64,000 nucleotides of DNA from the NCBI GenBank assembly GCA_024137785.1, contig JAHRHZ010000116.1:186001-250000 (forward strand), read 5' to 3'. The position numbers were made by a program, and so were the translations under genes. Below the pieces are notes generated by a model, which was not told the origin of the DNA, made no database searches, and saw nothing but the letters and a program-made list of their open reading frames with translations. The stretch comes from Ginglymostoma cirratum (Eukaryota). The number at the start of each line of letters is the position of its first letter. Position 1 is the first letter of the stretch. Shown piece by piece: positions 50,791 through 63,274 of the stretch.

Positions 50791-50859
50791 GGAAAAATAA
50801 GGTTTAATTTCGTTACAGAAATCGAAATTTACAAGATTGACAATATCTCACCGTTTCAC

Positions 50860-51421
50860 TACAGTTCACTGCATGGCACGGAGGTTCATGGCACTGTAAG
50901 AGTTAAGGATACTGTTTCGTGATCTTGTCAGTTTTATTAAGCCGAGAGGGAAATTGACCACTAATGCAGTTGTCCCTCTGCGCTCTTCTTCTAGTAATTC
51001 AATAAACGAACTGTGGATGCTGCCTGGGCACTAACTGTATCAAGATTCATAAGGTTTAGATTCACTTGTCTTCAAATTGCAGTTTAGGACGGTACTGTTT
51101 GCCTCTTCAGACGTCATTTCAGAAAATGGCTGCCCCACTGTAAACTACCAGCTACATTATGACACCCGAAATATGCTAAGAAATGAAACTCGGTGTCAGC
51201 CACATATTGGTCAAATTAATCGTCATATTGACTGTTATTCAACTAACACTAATATCTGTGTTGTAGCAATAAAATATTTTCCTAGAAGATATATACTTAT
51301 TGAGAATGGAGAGAATGTTGAACAACGGTATGAGATATTTACCCATGTGAATTCTTACCTCTGTAACTCTGCAGTGCAAGAAATTCCTTGTCAGAGCAGA
51401 AAATACAAATCCCTGCCCCAT
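50860..51421 (-). pseudogene. TRAV/TRDV-like V pseudogene
   Basis: Donor GAG|GTAAGA at 51358. Exon ~51151-50867 reads TVGQPFSEMTSEEANSTVLNCNLKTSESKPYES*YS*CPG..SYSAMNLRAM. Degenerate heptamer AACTGTA. Confidence 0.72.
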
Positions 51422-52479
51422 TGCCTTGTTGATCCAATCGATAACAAGATTGGAGCAGCGGCAACACTCTTTCCAAGAAGACAACGGGGTCAGAGAGAAG
51501 GAGAAGGAGAGAGGGATAGAGCAGGAAATGAAAACCGTGGGCAGGGATAGCATACATTTTAATTTCGATGATGAGTGTGATACCCCTCAGCTGGACACAC
51601 AGCTGGTACAGTGGAACCAGTGAGCGTCTCCAATATGTGGCCTTTTCTCTAACCATGGACAGTATTACTTATCACGATTCAATATTGCATATCTTCAGTA
51701 AAAGCTACATGGTATTTTATCTTTACCCATATGGAAGTTTAAAAAGGAGAAATAATGTTTCTGAACATCAGTTTCATTTTTACCATACTGGTTTTGGGAA
51801 TAGTGAATGGTGCAGTCGGGGCAGAACAGCAGATAGTGTAGTTTCTAACCCATTCATTGTTTCTGCTTCACACAGATACTAGCAAATATTTAACTTTTAT
51901 CCCGAAGAACTATAAACGAAATTTTTGCCGTTTGAATTTATATCTGGCAAAATTTCTTTAACAAGACAACGTAAGTAATGAAGGAAATGGTAGCAAAACA
52001 ACGTGAATGAATGTTCATTTTAAGGATGGATGGTGGTGTCGCGGAAATGTCACTGTTCCTCGTTATTCATAAGCTCAGACTACTACTCTGTAGACTGATG
52101 ACCTGCTGGGATGGAAAGTCAGTAAGTAAAAAATTTGGACTTAGCTAACCCCAGTAATGGTGGATTTGAAACTAATCAAATCGGAGTGTTTTTATAACAT
52201 TTGAAGAAGGAATGATGCCAAAATTACCTGGTCTGACTTACACATGACTTCAAGCATCAGAAGTGCATTTATGGTCCTCGAAAAATGCATTGCAAGAAAC
52301 TAGGTTCAAAAACAATTACAGAACAGCGTGGGATCCTACATTTCGCAGTATAACCCACAACTCATGATGCAACAAATTAAAAAAAAGAAAAATTACACAG
52401 TGAACGGCCATTATCATTTTAAATTTGCATTTGAGCCACAGACTATCAATGTGATTGGGACTCTGCCCACACTGTGCTC

Positions 52480-53310
52480 TATAGCAATGTTCCAAAGACT
52501 TATAGATATCTGAGAGAAAAGCGTTTCATTATGTCTGCCTTACCTGGCGCTATTTATTCTGCGACTATGCCCTCCTGTCCTGGACTCTTACATGAATGGA
52601 AACATACCCTCAGCATTTAATCTGTCAAGACCTTGGTGTTCATAGTCCTAATCCTATTTGTTACATTAAGATGACTTTCCATTCTTCTGAACACCAATAA
52701 GTAGAGTCTAAACCTGTTAATTTCTGTCAATATGAAGATTCCTCCAGACTTGGTATAACCATAGTGAATCTTCTCTGAAAACAACTTCTGACAAAACGTT
52801 ATCTTTCTCTAAATAAGAGAACCAAAATTCCACGCAGTACATCACATGTGGTCCATCTCGTATCCTGTACAGTTGCAGTAAGTATTCCCTGCACTGAAGT
52901 TTAAAACCCTTGCATTCAACCCAACGTTCTAACAGGCTTCCTGATTACCTGATGCATATAGGTGCTAGGTTTTGTGTTTCACGCACAGTTACTCCAAGTC
53001 CTTTTTTTTTTGCAATTTTCGGCTCTTTTAGTGTATTGAAATAAGAACCTGTTTTTTATCCTTCTTTCCAAGATAAGCAATGTCACATTTTTCTACATTA
53101 TACTTCAAGTGCCAATACTTTTCCCCATATACACTATCGATCAATATATGTCTTAATCCGTTGTATTCTTTTCCCAATTTGCCTTTCCACCTTTTTTGCG
53201 TCATTTTCAAATTTAGCTGCAGTACATTCGTTTCTGTTCTCCAAGTAATGAATGTATATATGTTGTAAAAATGTGTGGTCTTTTCACTGACTTGCTTTTA
53301 CCAACCAACT
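52480..53310 (-). mobile_element. Old CR1 LINE fragment
   Basis: WHLKYNVEKCDIAYLG motif and downstream RT remnants. Confidence 0.65.
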
Positions 53311-53473
53311 CTCATAACTGGTAACTTATTTTAAAAAGTACACACATCTACATGCAGACTTCACTGATACCATTTTGATGTGTTTCCTGTATATTCTGAA
53401 AAAGTTAAATTACCGATTGATACCGTAATGTAATGATAAGTAACTATAGTACTGTAATGGTAAATTACTGTAG

Positions 53474-53811
53474 GTGTAAGTAAGTGGAAACTCAATCACC
53501 CAGGACCTACTATCAGCGATAAGTATTGAAATTAATATGGTGACCTTTGGTAACAATTATTCTACTACTGCTTCTGATGCAAATTATTTTCAACTAATTC
53601 TTAAGCTTCGAGATAAAGAGCCGATGTTCTTGATTTACATTCCTAGCTTCCTAACTGGCCATGTTAGCAATGCTGAGGGTAAGGGTCCACGATTTTCTGC
53701 TAACATAGACTGTTTCACGAACAGTGAGTGGCTGAAGTCTGACAAAGTGCTTTATTATTGTAGACTGACAGACACCACGACAGGACCCAGAGGGAACCCA
53801 GAACAAAAGTA
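53474..53811 (+). pseudogene. TCR-type V pseudogene, divergent family-B relative (no Cys1, Trp->Leu)
   Basis: GNSITQD..VTFGNNYSTT..FQLILK..FLIYIPS..GPRFSANID..SDKVLYYCRLT. A 4-nt duplication at the exon start shifts the frame, and FR3 has a deletion. RSS CACCACG-23-ACAAAAGTA. Confidence 0.85.
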
Positions 53812-54519
53812 TTTTACCTTGAGGCGAGGTGAACTGTGAAAGGAGTTTGGAGGGAGAAACATTGATAAACAGCATTTAACAAACAGGCTTCGAACAATGA
53901 CTCTGTATGACTGTTCCAATTTGCCCTGAATAGATGAGTGAGCTTTCCTATGGAAATTAAACCAAACCGTTAGGAATTGGCAGTTGAAACATGTCACAGT
54001 TATAAAACCCCCCTATTCATGCACTCTTGTCGATTTTCTGTGTTCATTTGTCCCTCTCTGTTTTGATACTGCTAACACAGAGTGACATGTGACAATCTTT
54101 CCCTTATGATTCCAGCATAGATGGTGATCAGCATTCAACACTCTCCAAACTCAGTCTGACTGGCGGCATTGAGTGAAAAAGGAACATCTAACTTCAACAA
54201 CTCTATTTATTTCACTGAAACCACTTTTTCCGTCCATTAAGTGGCCAAGTGGTCTATGAACTCAGTTCCGGATCAAGAAATCTGTACTTACTAATTTTTT
54301 TTCGACTCATTACAATGCGCCATTTATGCTTCTCTTAGCTGACATAAGCGCAGACTTGTGGTTATCAAAGTCATCAGATCATCAGATCTAGGTCATCCTA
54401 TTGCACGATACAAAGGAAGTGCCATCAAATTTAACCCAGCTAAATGTTGTCAGTTTATAATCCTACGGTGTTCTGCAGTTTTCAGAGGCACTGAAACATC
54501 TCTAGCATCTAAAGCAGCA

Positions 54520-55588
54520 ATGATGTGGCTCTCCATCCTCTCTCTGGTGTGTGTGACATTCATTGCAGGTAAGGAATTAAATTTTAAAAAGGATATCAAT
54601 CCACGAAGTATAAATTTGTGAATCAGGGTGATTGTGTTACATAAGTACCTGAGCTGGATTAAAGCCCTCGTGGGTGTACACTTCTGGTCTCTTTCTTACC
54701 TGAAGAATGAACGGTCACGAAATACAACGGCAAGTCATTTAGTGTAGATAATGTTAGAGTTTCGTGATTGCAAACGACAGAAAACAAAAAAAAGTTAGAT
54801 TAGGTACCTTTCCCTACTAACCACAAGACTATTGGTTAACCAGACTGATGTCTTTACAGATGTCAAGAGGTCTTAGTTTCTGCAAATGGAGAGTGCATTG
54901 CATATGAGAAGATTTCATATCAATAAACTTGATTTAGGTAAAAAGAAGGAACAAAATGTTCCAAATAAGATTTCAAGAGAAATTTGTTTAGCTGGAGAGT
55001 GTCTAGAATTTGGTTATCGTTACTACAAGGAAAATTTGAGAGAACAGCAACGATGTTCTTTTAAGGAAAGTAGATAAAAGTATGAGTTGGAAATGGGTGG
55101 AGAGATTTTCTCATAAAATGATAAGGATAAATAGTTTTTATACACGTGGACACAAGACTGACAGACCGAATAAATTTTTGCGACTCTCAATTCTGTCTGG
55201 TTATTATTAATGCTGTCAATTTCCATCTTCAGTTCAGTTCATTCAAACGTTTAATCACTGATCTCTGCTTTCTCTAACGTTGTATTCCAGGCACGAACGA
55301 TGGAGATTCTCTCACTCAGCAGGTGCCCTCACTCACACAGACGAAGGGCGACGATGTCACTCTAAACTGTACTTACACTGGTCGTCCTGTTTCCGTGTTC
55401 CGGTACCATCAGTATCCAGGAGGGCATCCCGACCTCGCAATCTGGAGGTACACGAGTAGTGCTGCTGAAATGAAGTCGGATTTCGCACAGACCTGGTTTT
55501 CTGATGCCCTGCAGCAGACAGACAAGTTCTATAAGTTAACTATCTCGGAGCCTACTGACACCTCGGTATATTGCTGTGCAATGAGACT
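54520..55588 (+). CDS. TCR alpha/delta-type V segment, family A, open frame but non-canonical (exons 54520-54568 and 55291-55588)
   Basis: MMWLSILSLVCVTFIA|GTNDGDSLTQ..VTLNCTY..VFRYHQYPG..ISEPTDTSVYCCAMR. No stops and intact GT/AG. Trp->Arg and a 2-codon FR3 deletion. Confidence 0.85.
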
Positions 55589-55627
55589 CACTGTGGTGGA
55601 AGCAAGTGAAAGCTTCGTACAATAAGT
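55589..55627 (+). other. 23-spacer recombination signal sequence
   Basis: CACTGTG + 23 nt + ACAATAAGT. Confidence 0.85.
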
Positions 55628-55734
55628 ACGATTGGTTTATTGGTCACAGATGCTGCATCTTAAGCGCTGTTGTTAACAGTGGGTCACACACTGGAACTTT
55701 GTTACATTCCTGTGAGGGAACGATCGTGAAGCAC

Positions 55735-56600
55735 AGTTCAGATTGATTGATTGATTGATCGTAACACGTACCGAATCATAGTAAAAAAGGTTTGCTTACG
55801 AGCCATTTATGCAGACCATAGTAAGCAAGGATGCACATACCAAGAAGACATGGACGGAGGCATACAGCTCACATTGCACAGGACATGGGATAGACTGAAT
55901 CAGCAGTATTTGAGGCTGTAAAGCCAATTTTACATTCTAATAATTCCGTCAAGAAACGGTTCATGAACCTACTGATGGGTGCGTTAATGCTTCTGTATCT
56001 TATGCTGAATGGAAAAGGTTATATAAGATTATCACAGTGGGGGTACGATGGGTTTTCGATTATTTGTGCCTCCTCATTACAGCAGAGAGCAGTGTAAATG
56101 GAGTCCATGGGAGGAAGTTTGGCTTCAGAAATGGTTTTGGCTGTGCACACTACCTTCTGTAGCTTCTGGCGGTCCTGGACAGAAGAGTTGCCAAAGCAGG
56201 CCGTCATGCACTCGGACAGCATGAGCAGCTGCAGAAGTTGGTGTGGGTACTTGTAGGCATGCCAAGTTTCCTAAGCTTCTGGAGGAAGAAGAAGCATTTT
56301 GTGCCTTCTTGATCATCACATTTATATAGACGTCCAGGGCAAGTTGTCAGTTATCGTCAATCCGAGCGACTTGACTCACTCCATCCTCTCAAACTCAGTT
56401 CAATTGATGTAGACTGGGGCACATTCTCCACTTTTATTTCTGTAGTCAATGATCAGTTGTTTTGCTTTTCTGATTTTTAAAGAGTGAGAGTGTTCTCATT
56501 GTGCGACGTCACCAAGCCTTTTGTGTCCCTTCTGTGTTTCGACATCTCGTAGTTTGATATCCATTCTACTACGGCCGTGTCGTCAGTGAACTTGTAGATA
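55735..56600 (-). mobile_element. Rex1/Babar-type LINE 3' fragment
   Basis: LSECMTACFGNSSVQDRQKLQKVVCTAKTI. Paralog of 1250-2130. Confidence 0.78.
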
Positions 56601-57420
56601 AAATAACACTTACAATTACTCTCAGGAAGTACGATTTCTCATTGTTGCATTGACCATGTGCGGAACGATTTGGCTGGTGTTTATTTGAGATTCTCTGGGA
56701 AGTCTTCCACCCATTTTCATTGAGAATACCACCTCTGCAACTGGCTAGGCATTTAAAAAAATTGTGTAACACGGATTTGAGTTAAAAAAAACATAATTTT
56801 CAGTGTGAAATTCTAGAGTGCAGTTACCACCAGGTAAGGAAATCCTGGGTAATTACTGTGACCTGATTGAACATGTCTCACTGGGTAATGATATGCATAT
56901 AATGACTAAGAATTCTGAATAAAAGGATAAAAATAAATATTTTCATGACGGCATCGGATTTCCTTGGTCAGAGAATATAAAAACATACTTTGGAAAAACA
57001 ATATTTATATAGTATTATATAGTGAATATTAGAAGGGCATTTAGAAAATCGAAATGAATGTATATTGTTGCTTGCGAATATTTTTTTTTCCTGACCACGC
57101 CGTGGTGCTGTCCTGTTGCAGTTAAATATTCATGAAAAATTGGAAGACACAGTCAGGTCACACATTTAGGTAGACTTCTATCGCCACTGCCAAATTTCTA
57201 ATTTGTAAAATGGTTTTGATTCCCTAATCACATATTTGAATGATGTCCAGAATGTATCCATTACAAAATCGAGCAGAGGAAACCTGCTCCAACTGTTCTT
57301 AATGTTTTGATCTAATTAAAATGAGAACTTTTCAAGAGAATGTATTGATTGCCTGGATTTCACCGCAGTCTGCATGAAGCCCTCCCCCGACTTTTCGCCC
57401 ACACTATCCAACGACAGCAG

Positions 57421-57948
57421 TACTTTTGAGTGACACACCCTTTGGTTCCTGTCACATTGTCCTCTCAACCCGCAATGATCCACCACCGCTGAAGTTTCTG
57501 TCATATTTCTATTCATTCTGAGATGCAGAAAATTGAGCACGGAGGCCATTTGTTCTGACAGCATTTCCATATTAACGGATGTACATCAAGAATATCGGAG
57601 ACTTACCCAGGTCCTCATGTTACAATTGCAAAGTATATAGATTGTCTGTGTTCGATTAATTGAAATGAACATTCACCAAATTTCAATCAAACTGTATCAC
57701 TTTAGCCAGATGCTATGAGATTTAGTCTGCACAATGAACACTTGCAGAAGTATAGAAAGAAATTGACATGAAAAGGCCAATGACCATTATTATTAACAAG
57801 TTGAACCATACATTGCATTTGAGAGAACACATCCAAAGAGTCGATTGCTAGAGCAACAATGCTTAGAAGCTAGCATTTCAAAATTCACGAAATTACCTGT
57901 GAAGAGAGTTGCAGCAGTATGAAGTGAGTAAATAGTAAATAGGTGCAT
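57421..57948 (-). pseudogene. TCR-type V pseudogene, family B
   Basis: Leader 57948-57897 MHLFTIYSLHTAATLFT|GT. Acceptor mutated; stops present; ..VVDHCGLR. RSS CAATGTG-23-TCAAAAGTA. Confidence 0.83.
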
Positions 57949-59463
57949 GTTTGCAGAGCGGATGGTGGATTTGAACAAAACGCATTGAAGCTGTATGATT
58001 TCAGTTGCGAGATCAGGATCTTTCAAATCCTGTCTCTCTGCCGGTTGAGATTCATTTGTGTCAGTATCACCAAGTAACACCCAGTCAGCTGGCAACTCTT
58101 TCATTCCTCAGTTCCTCGTTCTGGCCGCACGAACGCAGATCATGAGGTGGAATTTGAGGAGGCCATTTGGCCTTTTGGTAGGTGCAACCTGCTCTGTCAG
58201 TAAATTAGATTGTGGTTATTCTACCTCACATCCAAATTCATGCTGAATTCCCAAATCACTTCTGTCTTTTAAGATCCACCAGTCAATCAATATCGGTCAG
58301 AAATACACGTACAATCTGGACAACAAATATTGCTTAATTACTGAATTAAGCTAGAAGGAGGGTTCGTTTCAATTTGGTTCTTTAATAGAGTCAAGCCGGG
58401 TCACTGATTGTTGTTAGTTCATGTTGTTGTCGTATTAGTACATCCCTGATCACTCTCGCAGCATCTTATTAAGTTCCACAGTAAACAACACACTTTTGAA
58501 AAGTATGTTGGCACTTCTGATCCTATTTCAGGGACTTAACCCTGATTAGAGACAAGCTTGGACAATTGAGACATGTGTTCTCTTAATCCGACTGGCTGGT
58601 TTCTCAGATTTGATGTCAAAAGTGGACCGATGTCAGTTATTACAGGACTGAATGCATCTGACACTCTCCAGTCTTTTACCGGATGTTTTTCGTCTTTATC
58701 ACTAATTTGCTCTCTCGCACACTTTCTGATATTTTCTCTCCTGCCCGTTTAAGACTACTTTCTTCAGAGTTTGATAGTGCTCTCTTCAGATAGGCAGATT
58801 TTTTTTTCCTCTGTTAGATCAAAGGTGAAATAAGTCAATGTCATTTCATTATTCATGTCTCAATCGATGTGTACAGAGAAGTTCCACAATTATTTGCTAC
58901 TGAGTGAAGTTCACCAAGGAAATGACAAGTATTCATCCACTTCGTAACTGAATTGTATTCTTAATGAAACTCATCTTATTGTGATAAATTGCTCATTTAA
59001 ATGAGTAAAAGTTTTTACCCAATGGATTTTAAAATGTTCATCCTGATAGTCACACTTCCATGCACCTCTTTCTGAAAGATTGTGATTGATAAATTAGAAT
59101 CTTATCCCGAACATTTAGAAGTGAAGAAGGACATCTTCAAACGAAGCAAGATGACGCCATTCTACCCTATGATCTTTCTCTCCTATTTCAGGAAATCATG
59201 ACTGTTGTGATTAGGACCTCAACACAACTTTACTCGCTCCTTCTTCGCATTGGTTTGTTAATGTCTCCAGAAATGTCTACATTTCATCAAACCTTAAAGT
59301 GATCCCCTTTTGTTACATTACTTCAGTGGCAACCAGTGGCCAGAAGGACTGAAAACCGCTAGTATCCATCTGTATTATCACATTCATTTCTATTTACTTT
59401 CACTGGAATGCAATCCCTTGTTATTTCTTTCTCTGGTATGGGCCTGTGATGTTTGAGCTAGGC

Positions 59464-60067
59464 AACTTTCGCATAAGGCACTAGGCGACATCATTCATTG
59501 TGATTCTCATCACACAGTAATATAGGGAGGTTTCTGTTTGATTCAAATCTTTCATGTACAATATTTCATGTCCCTGCTGCGAGGTTGAAATTCCCAAATA
59601 AATGCTGAAAGACTGGCGCCATACAGCTATGTCCATCATTACCGGATCTGAACACAACCTCTCGATACTGGTGATAACACAACAGGTCATAATTTGCAAC
59701 TTCAGCACGTATCAAGTAAATGCAGAATATTTTTTAACGTTCTTCCCTATTTCTTCAACTTTTTTTTTATTTTATGGCTGATAACTAGTTCCCCATTACT
59801 CATCTCTGAAAGTAAAAAGTGGATACACACCGGATCAAAGAGAGATTGAAAAAAAAGATATTTGTCTAGCGATGGGATTAGGAATTAACTTAATCCGTCT
59901 TTGATATGAAATTGGAGAAATTGAAACAGCTCGGGGATGTTATGCAATAAGTTTGGATTTCAGCACCTCGCCCAAATCATTTCCTTCAAAAAATCACTTT
60001 CTGTTTAAGGGTAAATGATCAGAGTGCGACATCCTGTGACCAGAAGAAAGACTTCTGACAACCACAT
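59464..60067 (-). pseudogene. TCR-type V pseudogene (family C-related)
   Basis: Exon 59805-59503 reads FCIY..VANYDLLCYHQY / ..ETSLYYCVMR with frameshifts. RSS CACAATG (59502-59496)-23-GCGAAAGTT. Leader-like MWLSEVFLLVTG at 60067. Confidence 0.8.
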
Positions 60068-60531
60068 TGACACGTTGACAAAGACAGCGACATGTGCATA
60101 CACACACAAACACACACACAAAACGCAATACAGAGGAGACCTAATTCATCACCCAATGGAGAACGTTCCGTATTAATCAGCGAGTGACTGTTTTGACCGT
60201 GTTTAACCTGAAGCTATGGTTTGGTTTCAGAACTCCGAAAGCAACTCCCTCCCGAAAGTAGACCTCGGGCAGGTCTATCTGTGTGTGGGGATGGTGATGG
60301 TGGCATCTTGTGCGTTGTCTATCAGGAATGTCTCCATAGATATCATGAAATCATTCTGTTGATTGACAAACTTGTGAAACACCTCTGCAAATTTTGCCAC
60401 TAGCCCCACCGACGTTAATAGGGACAACTTTATAGGATCCAAATGACTGTTTCTGCACTTGTTCTGGTGCCTAGGACTGTGCCTGCTTCGTCAGTCCAGT
60501 TTCATTTATTTGTTTATGTACTGAAGAGGTT

Positions 60532-61196
60532 TATTATGGATCATATCCGATTAGCTCAAAATATTTTAAGACGTTAGTCTAGGCCCTAACTCTGTCTTAT
60601 TTTAAAGGTATATGTGAAATATATGGTCCAGATATGATGCAACTGGCCAAACCACTCGACCTTAAGGGAAACACAATTTATTTAAATGCTGTCGTTAAAA
60701 AAAAAACAAACAAATGAGAGCAGAATTTAGAATAATGTAAAGATTGGGAAATTTAACAGAATAATTGTTGCAGTACCTATTACTAAGTAACTATTCCAAT
60801 AGAGTAACATCCCATAAACATACTCCTTGGCAAAACGGTAAATTCAGACACAGAATCGCACAGGCAACTCTTCAGTCCAGGGGTGAAACATATCAAGAGA
60901 CGTTTCAGAGAATGTAGCAGCTAGAAATCGTTTTTACTGAAGCTCCAACTCTTCTCGGACAAAGAAAACTATTGACTGCTGCATCCAAAAAAAAAAAAAT
61001 CCAGACGGCCTCGTCTATGAGAACTGACCGCTTCACTTTCATTGTTACAACTGCCTAAAAATAAACCTGAAGATCTCCTCTGATTACTGACTTAGGCCGT
61101 CTCCCATAGCCACTTCTGTACCTGCACTTTTACAAGCGCTCTTCAAACGAAAACGGGAGAAAAATATTTTCTTTTAGAAATGACAGCATTGTCGCA
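60532..61196. mobile_element. Probable solo LTR of an LTR retrotransposon
   Basis: T(A)TTA..CGCA ends with flanks GGTT / AGTT; ~665 bp; no second copy in the window. Confidence 0.4.
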
Positions 61197-61229
61197 AGTT
61201 GCTGTAACTTGGTCTGCCACAGCTATCAG

Positions 61230-61794
61230 AGATAAAAGGTACTGCAGATGCTGGAGAATCCGAGATAACAAGCATGGGGCTGGATGAACACAGCAGGTCA
61301 AGCAGCATCATAGGNNNNNNNNNNNNNNNNNNNNNNNNNNNNNNNNNNNNNNNNNNNNNNNNNNNNNNNNNNNNNNNNNNNNNNNNNNNNNNNNNNNNNN
61401 NNNNNNNNNNNNNNNNNNNNNNNNNNNNNNNNNNNNNNNNNNNNNNNNNNNNNNNNNNNNNNNNNNNNNNNNNNNNNNNNNNNNNNNNNNNNNNNNNNNN
61501 NNNNNNNNNNNNNNNNNNNNNNNNNNNNNNNNNNNNNNNNNNNNNNNNNNNNNNNNNNNNNNNNNNNNNNNNNNNNNNNNNNNNNNNNNNNNNNNNNNNN
61601 NNNNNNNNNNNNNNNNNNNNNNNNNNNNNNNNNNNNNNNNNNNNNNNNNNNNNNNNNNNNNNNNNNNNNNNNNNNNNNNNNNNNNNNNNNNNNNNNNNNN
61701 NNNNNNNNNNNNNNGAAGGGTTTAGGCCCGAAACGTCAAGTTTTCCTGCTCCTATGATGCTGCTTGACCTGTTGTGTTCATCCAGCCCCATGCT
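61230..61794. mobile_element. Young Penelope-type insertion with inverted terminal units spanning the N gap
   Basis: 46-bp inverted arms (61269-61314, 61751-61796; one mismatch), direct repeat TGCCACAGCTATCAG (61215-61229, 61795-61809) and a partial hammerhead-like core at 61715-61737. Confidence 0.8.
61315..61714. other. Assembly gap (400 N)
   Basis: Run of N. Confidence 1.
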
Positions 61795-62414
61795 TGCCAC
61801 AGCTATCAGCCTGGATTTGAATGTAGGCAAGACCAAGTGAGGACAGAAAATTTAGTTCCGTGAACGACATTAATGAGTCAGAATGCATTTTCAGGCAATC
61901 AACAATATTGTCATCGTCATTAGTGGATTCTTATTTCTGGACGTTTTATTTTATTCAATTCAATTTACACCATGAGCTTAGCGGGGTTTGAACAAATGTG
62001 CCCAGAGCATTCATCCACTTCTGGATTAGTAGTCTCACGAATTATTGATATACCATCGCCTCCCATAGATGCAAATGTTCAACAAAACGTTTTAAACTCT
62101 ATCTACAAGGCATTTTTAATTTTAATTCATTCACGGGTTCAGGGATTCACTGGTTCTTGCAGAATTTATTGACAAAAGCCATAAATCACAACGGAGGAAG
62201 AAAAACAGCCTTTTTAACATCATTCACATTTCATGAACAGTTAATGACTTCAGTTGTCTCAACAAACGTTTCCTAAAAGATAATTATTCGATATCAATCC
62301 AACATCTGATTCATTCATTTCCTTGTAATACAATGTTCCTAGATATCTCGCCAGAGGACGCTGTAATCCCACTTTCTTAAACTATTTACATCCTTGTCTT
62401 CTTGCAGGCTGTTT

Positions 62415-62855
62415 GTGCCATCTTCACCACTCACCTTTTTATTATTTTTTGTCATCTGTAAACTTGATGAAGTACATTTTCGTTTGTCAGGATTGTGTGT
62501 TAATGTTCATGTCTGCTCCCTCCCCATTCAGACTCAAACTTTCAGAGAAACTGAGAGTCTACGTTAAAATTTCATAACCAGTGTTTGGGTGCAGATGGCA
62601 ATACTGTTATCTATCTCCGATACTCCTTGAATATGAGGCGGTGAGCTGTCTCCTTCAGGCACTGCAGAGTATCTGTTTAAGTATCATTACATTAGTTATG
62701 GTACAAACTAAAACTAAAAAAAACTGTGTTTGCTACGAATCTAACCAGTATATGCAGCGAAAACACCAATCTTGCGTACCATTTAAGGAATTGAAAATAT
62801 AATTTTTCTTTATCTCATCACTGTGTTCAAATCGCTCCGACAAAATGTCACCCTG
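62415..62855 (+). pseudogene. Decayed V-like relic
   Basis: GTG-PSSPLTFLLFFVI|GT, acceptor at 62490, ..LRN*KYNFSLSHHCVQIAPTKC, then CACCCTG. Confidence 0.38.
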
Positions 62856-63274
62856 CATGGACTGCAGGGAGTCCTCATAATCAGACAAATGTTCTGTTAA
62901 CTCGAGATCTCCGGCTCTGATACTCGAAAATATAAACTGGGTTTCTTCCCTGACTTTTCCTACGAGAAAAATAAAAAGCTGTATCATATCAACATTTGTT
63001 TAATCTCTGCAGAAAACCCTGTTGTCTGATGATTTTTAAAAAAAATTTCCTTTTTGCTGCTGTTGTCGAAAGTGGCGATGAAAGGAGCCTCAATGTGATT
63101 GGCTGAATTTAAGGACAGAATAGGTCGATGTACATTGGCTGGCACCACATGTCTTCGGCAAAAATGAACCAATGGTCAGAGATCCGGAAATGACTCTTCA
63201 TTTTTACCAACTATTGACTAAAACTATTTCAGCTTAGACTCGCTTAGCTCACTTTCAGCGTGATTTCTGCAAAA

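Noticed and set aside
61174-61840. Two long ORFs across the gap
   Set aside because: Artefacts of translating N bases.
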